Shown: positions 10,356 through 19,761 of the stretch, in pieces
Layout of the letters: each line of letters starts with the position of its first letter
How positions within the stretch are numbered: position 1 is the first letter of the stretch
Assembly (NCBI GenBank): GCA_964350645.1
Contig: CAYGJY010000001.1
Span: 208,621-272,620 of the forward strand
Reading direction: 5' to 3'
Length of the DNA stretch: 64,000 nt
DNA from: an uncultured Candidatus Saccharibacteria bacterium
GTDB taxonomy: Bacteria; Patescibacteriota; Minisyncoccia; Phycocordibacterales; UBA918
Translations under genes and position numbers: made by a program
Notes under the pieces: generated by a model
Seen by the model: the letters and a program-made list of their open reading frames with translations, nothing else
What the model was told of the DNA's origin: nothing
Databases searched by the model: none

Positions 10356-11921
10356 ATGATTTCCAAGCCATTACAGCAGTTGGTTGCATCCTTCTCACAA
10401 AGCCCTGCTCAGACTGATTGGTCTGAGTATACCGGTCCGCGCTTTGTGACCAACAAGCTAACGATCTCTGTTGGTTCGTTTTACGAGCGTATGCGGTATG
10501 CAGTAGATTACCAAGAAGAACACGTGCTGCGTCGGGCGGCTATCGAACGCATTATTCGACGCTTAGTGATGTTTACCTCAATGTCTGGTTGTGGACGGAC
10601 AGTACTTGAAGAACTCGTGCAAGCACGCTATGTCGAAAATGATTCAGTACCCGAAACCTTTGCTGATGACATTCAACTGATTTTAAATAAATATCAGGCT
10701 CTGTCAGAGCTGATTGAAAATGGCAATAAAGATATCCTTTGGTCATTTGCAGCGGTAGAGATTGAGCGGCATTTGTTCCCGGCCGTTATTGATGAGCGCA
10801 CCTTCACTGCTTTATTCCAGTCTGTGGTTGAGTACTTTAAGCCAAAAGAGCAAAACCTCATGAGCGACGCTGATTTCAATCTACGCGTGTACGTTGCCTG
10901 TCGGCGGATTTTCTTGCTTGAATCGCACGCAGCGCTCAATTTTGCGCTGTTTCGGATCATGGTGCCAGAGTGGAAACAAAGCCTTGGTCAGCCAGAGGAA
11001 GTGCTTCGCTCGGTAGCTGCACGATTTGAAAAAATTCAAGCTGAAGCTGATGTACTGATGAACGATCCAACACACTGGAAAATCACTTTTAGATTGAAAA
11101 ATGAAAGTATCTATTTTTCACTGATAAACGATATCGTTCGACGTTATGGCTCTACCTCAGAGACAGTGTTAGGTGATCCTGAACGCCTGAAGAGTGCCAT
11201 TATCCCGTTTCTGGAGCGCGCTTACGATACACATAAAGAAAAAATCAGTCACAGTGGTACACGAGCGATTATTTATGTGTTCATCACAAAGATTGTGATT
11301 GGGTTATCGATTGAGCTACCGTATGAGATCTTTATTCTCGGTGAGATCAACTATTATGCGCTTGGAGTTAATATTCTCTTCTTTCCGCTTCTTCTTATTG
11401 CGATGACTAAGACAGTGAAGTATCCAGGTGTCCAAAATACTGATGCGATCGTGCGCGGATTGCAGTCATATATTGAGGGTGATTTTCCGCAAACGCGTTT
11501 TATTACGCTAAAGACTCGGTCAGCTTTTCAGACCTTCATGAACACCATCTTCACGTTACTGTTTTTCTCTCTAACCTTTGGAGTGATTGTATACGTGCTT
11601 AATCTGCTGCACTTCAATATTGTTAGTATTGGCCTCTTCTTGTTCTTCCTTTGTATTGTGACCTATATGGGCTTGCGCATTCGCCACAAAGCACGAGAGT
11701 GGACTCTCGAAGATGAGGATGAATCTTTTGGTGGTTTACTCTGGTTCTTGCTCGTTGTGCCGGTTACGCGGACTGGTCGCTATATCTCAGAACAGCTTTC
11801 GAACGTGAATATCTTTGTCTTCATCATGGACTTCATTTTAGAGACACCATTTAAGATGATCCTCGGCTCGTTTGACTCGTTTGTGTCGTATGTTCGCGAA
11901 GCAAGACGAGATGGATTTTAA
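10356..11921 (+). CDS. membrane protein of unknown function
   Basis: 521 aa; soluble N-domain plus 4-5 C-terminal TM segments. Confidence 0.8.
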   Translation: MISKPLQQLVASFSQSPAQTDWSEYTGPRFVTNKLTISVGSFYERMRYAVDYQEEHVLRRAAIERIIRRLVMFTSMSGCGRTVLEELVQARYVENDSVPETFADDIQLILNKYQALSELIENGNKDILWSFAAVEIERHLFPAVIDERTFTALFQSVVEYFKPKEQNLMSDADFNLRVYVACRRIFLLESHAALNFALFRIMVPEWKQSLGQPEEVLRSVAARFEKIQAEADVLMNDPTHWKITFRLKNESIYFSLINDIVRRYGSTSETVLGDPERLKSAIIPFLERAYDTHKEKISHSGTRAIIYVFITKIVIGLSIELPYEIFILGEINYYALGVNILFFPLLLIAMTKTVKYPGVQNTDAIVRGLQSYIEGDFPQTRFITLKTRSAFQTFMNTIFTLLFFSLTFGVIVYVLNLLHFNIVSIGLFLFFLCIVTYMGLRIRHKAREWTLEDEDESFGGLLWFLLVVPVTRTGRYISEQLSNVNIFVFIMDFILETPFKMILGSFDSFVSYVREARRDGF

Positions 11922-11934
11922 TTAAAATTTTGAA

Positions 11935-11972
11935 AAACAAAATGCGGTCGTTTTACGACCGCATGTTGTTTT
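11935..11972. terminator. bidirectional terminator between convergent genes
   Basis: AAACAAAATGCGGTCG-TTTTA-CGACCGCATGTTGTTT. Confidence 0.75.
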
Positions 11973-11975
11973 GAT

Positions 11976-13475
11976 TTAAAACTCTTCGAGATATCGGACT
12001 TCTGCTCCTAGGCTGGTAAGGCGGTCTACCAAATTTTCGTAGCCGCGGTTGATGCTGTAGATGTTGCGTAAGACTGAGGTACCTTTAGCACCGAGCATAC
12101 CGATCAGAAGAATCGTTGCCGGTCGCAAGGCTGGTGGACAGATCATTTCGTTGGCATGCAGGGGTGTTGGCCCAGTGATGTAAATCCGGTGTGGATCAGC
12201 TAGCATTGTCTCGGCTCCAAGTTTGTCGAGCTCGGTGAAGTAGATAGCCCGTTTTTCGTAGACCCAGTCGTGGATCAGAGTTGCACCGGTGGCCTGGGTG
12301 GCGATTACTGCAAAGAAAGGCAGGTTGTCAATATTGAGGCCAGGGTAAGGGCGAGCGTAAATTTTCTCAGTCAGGGCTGTAAGTTTTGAGGGTTTGGTTT
12401 TGATATCAATCAGTCGGGTCAAGCCGTTGTGTGACAAATACTCTTTACTTTTTGTGTATTGGAAGCCCATTTTCTCCAGTTTCAAGAGTTCCAGTTCGAG
12501 GAAATCAATTGGACAACGGGTGATAGTTAGTGCTGAATTAGTCAGAATTGAAGCTGCTAAGAAGAACATGGAGTCAGTTGGGTCTTCTGACAAAGTGTAC
12601 TCGAGGTCGGTCTTTATTTGTTTTACGCCAGTTACGGTGAGGGTAGTAGTACCCACACCTTCAATGGTGACGCCACAAATGCGTAAGAAAGCACAGAGTT
12701 CCTGCACCATGTAGTTACTTGAAGCGTATTTGATGACAGTTGTACAGCCTGAGAGAGCGGCAGCCATGAGAGCATTCTCTGTTACGGTGTCGCCTGACTC
12801 GTAGAGAATAATTTCGGCCGGACACTTTGGTGCCATGTTGATTTTGAAGGCATCTGCGGTAGTGGTGATCCCGACGCCAAAATGCTCAAGGGCATAAAAG
12901 TGGGGGCGCACGGTACGGCTTCCAAGCTTGCAGCCACCAGACTGTGGTAGTGAAAACTGACGTAAGTGATGGATTAGTGGTCCAATAAACATCACAATAC
13001 TGCGGGTCTTCCGGGCCGCTTCAACATCAATTTTAGACAAATCAAATTTTTTTGGCGGTGTGATGATGACGTCGCTATCCTGCCACTCGATTTTCACACC
13101 GATACTCTCAAGCACTTCAATTAGTCGATGCACCTCTTCGATTCGCGGCATATGACGGAGTGTTGTTGTGCCTTTGTTTAAGAGTGAAGCGCAAAGGAGT
13201 ACGACGGCGCCGTTTTTTGAGGTGTTGGTTTGAATCGTTCCAGATAGTTTTTTACCGCCAATGATCTCGAGGTTCATGGAGCCAGGGTTTGGGGAGAGGA
13301 GGTTTTTGTTGAGTACTTTACTGATTTTACGCACCATATCGGTCGAGACGTTTTGTTTGCCGCTTTCGAGTCGTGCGACGGCACTTTGTGTTGTATTCAG
13401 CTTTTTTGCTAACGCAGCTTGGGTCATCTGCATACTCTCGCGCACAATGGCGATACGTTTTCCAATGTTTTCCAT
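11976..13475 (-). CDS. murA: XRE-HTH fused UDP-N-acetylglucosamine 1-carboxyvinyltransferase
   Basis: N-terminal TQAALAKKLNTTQSAVARLESG HTH; SKNG, GGCKLGSR with catalytic Cys, PYPG, INRGYE. Confidence 0.93.
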   Translation of the reverse strand: MENIGKRIAIVRESMQMTQAALAKKLNTTQSAVARLESGKQNVSTDMVRKISKVLNKNLLSPNPGSMNLEIIGGKKLSGTIQTNTSKNGAVVLLCASLLNKGTTTLRHMPRIEEVHRLIEVLESIGVKIEWQDSDVIITPPKKFDLSKIDVEAARKTRSIVMFIGPLIHHLRQFSLPQSGGCKLGSRTVRPHFYALEHFGVGITTTADAFKINMAPKCPAEIILYESGDTVTENALMAAALSGCTTVIKYASSNYMVQELCAFLRICGVTIEGVGTTTLTVTGVKQIKTDLEYTLSEDPTDSMFFLAASILTNSALTITRCPIDFLELELLKLEKMGFQYTKSKEYLSHNGLTRLIDIKTKPSKLTALTEKIYARPYPGLNIDNLPFFAVIATQATGATLIHDWVYEKRAIYFTELDKLGAETMLADPHRIYITGPTPLHANEMICPPALRPATILLIGMLGAKGTSVLRNIYSINRGYENLVDRLTSLGAEVRYLEEF

Positions 13476-13486
13476 ATGCGCCAAAT

Positions 13487-13502
13487 ATAGCAGATATGCT
13501 AT
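13487..13502. promoter_or_regulatory. palindromic operator candidate ATAGCA-N4-TGCTAT over the murA -10 box
   Basis: ATAGCAGATATGCTAT overlaps minus-strand TGC-TATATT (13484-13492). Confidence 0.55.
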
Positions 13503-13549
13503 GTTTATTCAATTTGTGTATTGTGCAGAATCCGCTACACTAGTCCGAC

Positions 13550-14563
13550 ATGAGGCGTTCATTTATCCCCAAAGTTGGTATTGATTTAGGTACCACTAAT
13601 GTATTGGTATTTATTCCGGGAGAGGGAATAGTTCTGAATGAGCCGTCAGTGGTTGCAGTTTCAAATGACAGTCAAGTCCTTGCGGTTGGAACTGAGGCTA
13701 AGCGTATGATTGGCCGCACGCCTGATAGTATTCGAGCCTATCGCCCTATGAAAGATGGCGTTATTGCCGACTATCGAGTGACTGAAGCTATGCTCCGATA
13801 TTTTCTCAGGAAAGCATTGCCACGATTTAATATTCTAAAACCAGAAGTGATGGTTTCGGTGCCGGCTGGTGTGAGTTCGACCGAAAAACGAGCAGTGGTA
13901 GAGGCGGCGATCAAAGCTGGTGCTCGCAATGCGTACGTTGTGAAGGAGCCGATTTTAGCAGCGATTGGCGCCGGTGTGCCGATTTATGAACCACAAGGTC
14001 ATATGATCGTTGATATAGGTGGGGGAACGATCGATGTGGCGGTAATTAGTCTAGGCGGAATTGTAGCTGCCAACTCAGTGAAGTGTGCTGGTAACAAGAT
14101 AGATGCAGCGATCATTGATTATATTAAGAAGACGCGGAATTTATCGATTGGTGAGAAGACAGCTGAGGAAGTGAAGATCACCATCGGTTCAGCTTTGCCG
14201 CTTGAAGAAGAATTGGTTATGGATATTAAAGGACGCGATCTACTGTCTGGCCTGCCACGCACGACTGAGGTGCGGACAAATGAGATTGTTCGAGCAATTA
14301 CTCGTGAGTTGCGTGACATGGTGAAGGCAATTAAAGATGTGTTTCAAGATACACCACCTGAACTTGCAGCAGATATTATTGATGACGGGATTATTATGAC
14401 CGGAGGGACTTCACAGTTACGCAATTTCCCTGAGTTGATCAAGCGTCGTACGGGAGTAAAAGCGAAGCTCGCTGACCAGGCACTCTTTTGTGTTGCTAAA
14501 GGTACCGGGATTGCTCTTGAGCACCTCGATACCTATAAGCGCACAGTGATGACGAAGCGGTAG
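13550..14563 (+). CDS. mreB: rod shape-determining protein MreB (paralogue 1, stand-alone)
   Basis: GIDLGT, EPSVVA, DIGGGT, TGG. Confidence 0.95.
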   Translation: MRRSFIPKVGIDLGTTNVLVFIPGEGIVLNEPSVVAVSNDSQVLAVGTEAKRMIGRTPDSIRAYRPMKDGVIADYRVTEAMLRYFLRKALPRFNILKPEVMVSVPAGVSSTEKRAVVEAAIKAGARNAYVVKEPILAAIGAGVPIYEPQGHMIVDIGGGTIDVAVISLGGIVAANSVKCAGNKIDAAIIDYIKKTRNLSIGEKTAEEVKITIGSALPLEEELVMDIKGRDLLSGLPRTTEVRTNEIVRAITRELRDMVKAIKDVFQDTPPELAADIIDDGIIMTGGTSQLRNFPELIKRRTGVKAKLADQALFCVAKGTGIALEHLDTYKRTVMTKR

Positions 14564-14576
14564 TTGTATGAGAAGT

Positions 14577-14612
14577 AAAGCGCGACGGGGGATTTATCCC
14601 CCGCCGCGCTTT
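14577..14612 (+). terminator. terminator hairpin
   Basis: AAAGCGCGACGGGGGA-TTTA-TCCCCCGCCGCGCTTT. Confidence 0.7.
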
Positions 14613-14647
14613 ACCGTGCCGTCCTAAAGAGCGGTACTATATAAGTA

Positions 14648-17425
14648 ATGCAGGAAACTGCTCCGAAACAGTTCTCTTCACCGGAAGAAGAAATCGCTTT
14701 TTTGCGTGAACAAATCGCTTCTAAAGAACGCGAACTACTTAATCGTGCTCCAGAGGCAGATGCACTGGAGTTCGAGACTGTGGCCAAGCAGGAGCTGCAC
14801 GAATACGGCACCTTCACTCCTAAAACAATCTTGAGCCAAGAACATCAAATGCTTCAAGAGGAAGTGGCTCACGCAGCGGCTAAAGTTGAAGTGTCCACCA
14901 ACCAACTCGACGAGATTATGCAGGTGGCCTTAGAAAAGGGAATACACAACGCTTTATCAGTAGTTGAAAAATGTAATGACCCACATTTGACCGATGAAGT
15001 GCATCGGCAGTTGATTGAACATATTAAGTCTGGTAAGCACGTTCAGGATTTAAAAGAAGATGTCCCGCCTTGGCATATTTTGCATATGAGTTTGTTCGAG
15101 GTGCAGTTGCCTGAATTTGTTGAATCCAATGGTAAAGAGTTAGCGCTGAGTGAAATGATGTCGATGATGTCACAGTTTTACGCGGGTATGCAGACGATTG
15201 GTCAGAATAAACGAGCGGAACACTATGTCCTTGAGGTGGCTGTTGAAGAAGATAGTGACGAGATTGTATTTTACGTTGCTGTCCCGAATCAATATATTGA
15301 TCTGTTTGAAAAACAAATCCTCTCTCTTTTTCATAATGCAGTCCTGATTGAGCGACAGCATGACTATAATATTTTTGATGATCACAGCGTAGCGCTCGCT
15401 TCTATTGCTAAGTTGCGTAAGCATCCGGTGTATCCACTGAAGACGGCCGACAAATTCGAAGCTGATCCTCTAACTGTCGTGTTGAACGCATTCTCAAAGA
15501 TTGAAAAAAAGGGTGGTGGAGCATCACTCCAGATTTGTATCAAGACGCCACCAGCCCGCTATCACCACGACTACGAGCAAGTCATGGATCGGATCAACGA
15601 CGGGATGTCGCCTCGGGATTCAATTAAGCGGATTTCATTGGCAGGCGATTTGTTCCATGCCTTTAAGGATATTGTTCTCAATAAAGATAGCGATGAACAC
15701 AAGACAATGTCGCAAGAGTACAGTGAGGATGTGGAGTTTATTAAGCAAAAAATTGAGTCACAGATTGTTGATACTAATATTCGTCTGGCGGTGGCTGCAT
15801 CATCAAAACAAAAAGCTAACCAAATTCTCGATGAGATAGAGGCGAGTTTCCATCAATTCGAAAATACCCACGCAAACAGTTTGAAATTTGAACGACCAAC
15901 GGGCACTAAACTGAAAGCTGCTTTGAAAGCCTATTCATTTCGTGAATTCAAAAAAAGCGAAGTGTTGCCGCTGTCTCTCAATGAATTAACCGGGTTACTT
16001 CATTTTCCAGGTCGAGGGATTGCGTCATCACCGCAGTTCCGACAGTCACGCTCTAAGACTGCCGCTGCACCAAGTGAGATGCCGCAGCTTGGTACATTGC
16101 TTGGAATCAATGATCACCGTGGTGTTAAGAAAGAAATTTACGTCACACCAGAAGATCGTCTGCGTCACTTCTACATCATTGGACAGACCGGTACCGGTAA
16201 GACCACCTTGATGAAAAATATGATCGTGCAAGATATCCAAGAGGGGGCAGGTGTGTGCATGATTGATCCACATGGTACTGATATTGAAGATGTGCTTGGG
16301 TCAGTACCGCCGGAGCGAGAGCAGGATGTTATTTACTTTGATCCTTCCAATCTCGATCGGGTGATTGGTCTCAATATGCTTGAGTACGACCGCAATAAGC
16401 CCGAACAGAAAACCTTCGTCGTTAACGAACTCTTTTCAATTTTCCAAAAACTCTACGGAGCAAACCCGGAATCAATGGGGCCGATGTTTGAACAATACTT
16501 CCGTAATGCAACGCTCTTGGTGATGGATGACCCTGACAGTGGTAATACCCTGATGGATATTTCTCGGGTGATGGCAGATGCAAAATATCGTCGAATGAAA
16601 CTTGAAAAAGCGACCAACCCGGTTGTGGTGCAATTCTGGCGTGAGATTGCGACCAAGGCTGGCGGGGAGGCTAGTCTCGAGAATATCGTGCCGTACATTG
16701 TGTCGAAGTTTGATGTATTCACTGCCAACGATTACATGCGCCCGATTATTGGTCAGCAACATAGTGCCTTTAATTTCCGCGAGATTATGGATCAAAAGAA
16801 AATTCTGCTGGTGAATTTATCTAAGGGACGGCTCGGGGAGATTAACGCCAACCTCATTGGTATGATTATTGTCGGCAAGCTTTTGATGGCGGCTCTTTCT
16901 CGGGTGGATGATTCAACCAAGGGCTTCCCACCGTTTTATCTGCATATGGACGAGTTTCAAAATGTCTCAACGCCGTCGATCTCAGCTATTTTGTCAGAAG
17001 CTCGTAAGTATAAACTTGGCCTCACGATTGCTCACCAATTCATCGCTCAGCTTGATGAAAAAATTAAAGATTCGGTTTTTGGTAACGTTGGTTCAATGGC
17101 GACGTTTCGGGTTGGGCCTGAAGATGCTAAATTCCTCGAACAGCAATACGAACCAACCTTCACTGACAGTGATCTGATGAACGTACCAAATCGCAATGCA
17201 TTCATGCGTATCTTGGCTAATGGTTCACCAACTAAGCCATTTAGTATGGCGACCATGGCACCGGCTGAGATCGATCTGGCTCGGGTACAGGAACTCGTGA
17301 CTGCCAGTGGTTTGATATATGGACGACCTCGGGCAGAGATTGAAGCAGAAATCGCTGAGCGCTACAAAAAAGAAGAGCCGAAAGCTTCAGACGGCGACGG
17401 TCTTTTAGGCGGATTTAGTTTATAG
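14648..17425 (+). CDS. VirD4/TraD/HerA-like coupling ATPase (FtsK-HerA superfamily)
   Basis: RLRHFYIIGQTGTGKT Walker A, IDPHG, LHMDEFQN Walker B, SEARKY, AHQFIAQL, FGNVGS. Confidence 0.9.
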   Translation: MQETAPKQFSSPEEEIAFLREQIASKERELLNRAPEADALEFETVAKQELHEYGTFTPKTILSQEHQMLQEEVAHAAAKVEVSTNQLDEIMQVALEKGIHNALSVVEKCNDPHLTDEVHRQLIEHIKSGKHVQDLKEDVPPWHILHMSLFEVQLPEFVESNGKELALSEMMSMMSQFYAGMQTIGQNKRAEHYVLEVAVEEDSDEIVFYVAVPNQYIDLFEKQILSLFHNAVLIERQHDYNIFDDHSVALASIAKLRKHPVYPLKTADKFEADPLTVVLNAFSKIEKKGGGASLQICIKTPPARYHHDYEQVMDRINDGMSPRDSIKRISLAGDLFHAFKDIVLNKDSDEHKTMSQEYSEDVEFIKQKIESQIVDTNIRLAVAASSKQKANQILDEIEASFHQFENTHANSLKFERPTGTKLKAALKAYSFREFKKSEVLPLSLNELTGLLHFPGRGIASSPQFRQSRSKTAAAPSEMPQLGTLLGINDHRGVKKEIYVTPEDRLRHFYIIGQTGTGKTTLMKNMIVQDIQEGAGVCMIDPHGTDIEDVLGSVPPEREQDVIYFDPSNLDRVIGLNMLEYDRNKPEQKTFVVNELFSIFQKLYGANPESMGPMFEQYFRNATLLVMDDPDSGNTLMDISRVMADAKYRRMKLEKATNPVVVQFWREIATKAGGEASLENIVPYIVSKFDVFTANDYMRPIIGQQHSAFNFREIMDQKKILLVNLSKGRLGEINANLIGMIIVGKLLMAALSRVDDSTKGFPPFYLHMDEFQNVSTPSISAILSEARKYKLGLTIAHQFIAQLDEKIKDSVFGNVGSMATFRVGPEDAKFLEQQYEPTFTDSDLMNVPNRNAFMRILANGSPTKPFSMATMAPAEIDLARVQELVTASGLIYGRPRAEIEAEIAERYKKEEPKASDGDGLLGGFSL

Positions 17426-17433
17426 TTTAGTGT

Positions 17434-19722
17434 ATGCCAAGGGAAAACGAACTTCATAGAGGCAATCAAGAGCGTGAACGATCGGATTACTCTATCGATG
17501 AAATGAAGAACATGATGCCGTATGACGAATTTTTCTGCTGGGTAGAAGAGGGGGACAGTAATGCTTTAAAGTACGGCGAAACCAATAATCAGTTTCGTAC
17601 ACCAGAGAACTTACGAGTGTATCTCACAGCTGCTTTTGGTCAGTTTATAAATAAACCAGAGGACGTTTATATTATAAGAAATGGTATCGCAACAGTCGAC
17701 GCTATTTTGCAAGGGCATAGAAATGCAGTAACCCAGAACGACAGAGACGTAATTAATGAGGCTGCGATGCGTCGATTGCAAGAATTTTGCCTGGAATTTG
17801 GCATTGTTGCTGAAGGATCTGAGGCAGTGGAAAACACACCAACCATTCCCGAGATACCAAAAGAGCCAGAAACGATTTCTCTCAAGGATTTTCAGTCAAT
17901 AGTTGAAGAAACAATTTGGAATATTGCTGTTGAAGAAGGTGGTCAGATAGATTTAAAACACCTGTCACAAACTCCGCTGTTTGTAAGACAAAAGGAAGCA
18001 CATCTAAACATTTTACAAGGTTTACTAAAACTTGGTGTCATTTCTTCCGTTGACCAGCCCGAAATCAATGCTGATGTTTTAGAAAAATTCAATACGAGAC
18101 TGGTAACTGAGTATTCCGAAAAAGATTCGTCACTCGAGGATGCATTGATAGAGATGACAGGAATTCAAGATGAGACAACTGTTCAGGCGGCTCATTCTGC
18201 CTGGCAAGAGTATTTTGCACAGTATTCTCACACACTCGAAGGTATTAATGGGCATATAGAAAAACACGCTGTGAACGTGGGTGCTGTGCGGTTTGAAGGA
18301 GAACCATACGTTAAAGACTGGGCTGATAAAGGTGAAATTGATGCGTTGCTACAATTTTATAAAACCAAAAAGAAAGAGGTAGTAAATAGAGCTAAACCAC
18401 AGAATATAGCAGTCTTTAAAAAAGGTACTCGGGTAGCCGGCATGGTAAAGAAAGTCGAAATGAATTTTGCCGACATTTCTTCAATTGAACCAGGTGCAAC
18501 TACTGAAGCTCGTCTAAAGCGTCTGTTTGGCAGTACTAATGAGTTGCTCAATGCTATAAGTATTGAATTTGAGAATCGAAAAGAAACTACAGCAGCTGTA
18601 AAAGAGATTTCAGATGAAACAGGAGACTTTACTGAAGCGTTTGATTTGCAAGTGAATCCTGAAACAAAAATCGGTGCCATTTATAAGCGGATGCGCGAGC
18701 TGCGTAAGCAAGTCAAGGTAGCGGCAGATACACTAGATATTGATACCTATTCTAAAGGAGCTAAGCGAATGAACAACAATGCATTGGATGGTATTAGATC
18801 TTTCCGAAAGAACTATGCTGAGCTGGCTGACTATTTAGCACATCGTGCAGCGGAATCTAATGATCGACAATTTGGACCACGAGAGACACCGCAATTTTCT
18901 GATGAACAAGTGGCGGAAATTCAAAAACGTTTAAATAAGCTGTTCGAATATGGTCAGCGTGTCATCGATGATGTTGATACAAAACTTGATAACCAAGCTC
19001 TTTCTGGTAGTTATGAACATTTCGTGTCTACATTTGATGATATCGAGGAAGACACTGGATCACCTTTTATTCCATATCAAGAAGAGTCTCAGGCGGAGAC
19101 AATCCCAAAAAATTCTGCCGAGATGCCGACCGCCAAGACGTTTGATGAGCAAAGGTTGTCACTACAATTACTTAACAACGAGCTATCTACTGTCTATGGG
19201 ACAGAAGTTGATTTTGAAAAAAAGATTGGTCCGCTATACCAAAAACAAACAAAAAGTTTTGGTCGCCAAGGGTCCAGTATTGCAGAGATGGATGTAAGAA
19301 CGTTTTTGAAGAAAAACTCGCCAGCTGATCCACTTGCTCAACTTATCCGCAAGTGGGAGCGCCAGACAGGTATTAATCCAGAGCAGGCAATAAGTGGTCG
19401 CTATGGAGGCTATACAACCCAGTCAGTAGAAGGATATTTACGAACAGCAGCTGGAGATATTACGTTAAGAGAAAGTGAAAATTTGAAGAGTGAAGGTTCA
19501 CAGCTAAAAATGAAAACAGCCGCTGAAGAGTTCAAAAAAATAAAAGTACCACCACTTATAAAAGAGAAGAAGAGGGATGTTGATTCAGAGGAATGGAGGA
19601 AAGAAGTTACAGTTCCTGCAGGAGTAAAAAATACTACTGCCTTTGCCTTAGGGAGGTTTGCAGCATTTGGTGCTAGTAAGATTCGTAATGCAGTAAAAAA
19701 TATTTTTGGTCGGACTAACTAA
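17434..19722 (+). CDS. large hypothetical helical protein
   Basis: 762-aa ORF starting 8 nt after the ATPase stop. Confidence 0.8.
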   Translation: MPRENELHRGNQERERSDYSIDEMKNMMPYDEFFCWVEEGDSNALKYGETNNQFRTPENLRVYLTAAFGQFINKPEDVYIIRNGIATVDAILQGHRNAVTQNDRDVINEAAMRRLQEFCLEFGIVAEGSEAVENTPTIPEIPKEPETISLKDFQSIVEETIWNIAVEEGGQIDLKHLSQTPLFVRQKEAHLNILQGLLKLGVISSVDQPEINADVLEKFNTRLVTEYSEKDSSLEDALIEMTGIQDETTVQAAHSAWQEYFAQYSHTLEGINGHIEKHAVNVGAVRFEGEPYVKDWADKGEIDALLQFYKTKKKEVVNRAKPQNIAVFKKGTRVAGMVKKVEMNFADISSIEPGATTEARLKRLFGSTNELLNAISIEFENRKETTAAVKEISDETGDFTEAFDLQVNPETKIGAIYKRMRELRKQVKVAADTLDIDTYSKGAKRMNNNALDGIRSFRKNYAELADYLAHRAAESNDRQFGPRETPQFSDEQVAEIQKRLNKLFEYGQRVIDDVDTKLDNQALSGSYEHFVSTFDDIEEDTGSPFIPYQEESQAETIPKNSAEMPTAKTFDEQRLSLQLLNNELSTVYGTEVDFEKKIGPLYQKQTKSFGRQGSSIAEMDVRTFLKKNSPADPLAQLIRKWERQTGINPEQAISGRYGGYTTQSVEGYLRTAAGDITLRESENLKSEGSQLKMKTAAEEFKKIKVPPLIKEKKRDVDSEEWRKEVTVPAGVKNTTAFALGRFAAFGASKIRNAVKNIFGRTN

Positions 19723-19761
19723 AGATACTCACAGTAATACGTACACTATATAAAACCAAAA

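Noticed and set aside
14648-17425. Conjugative element
   Set aside because: No relaxase, VirB4-associated mating-pair genes or integrase; the flanks are core genes
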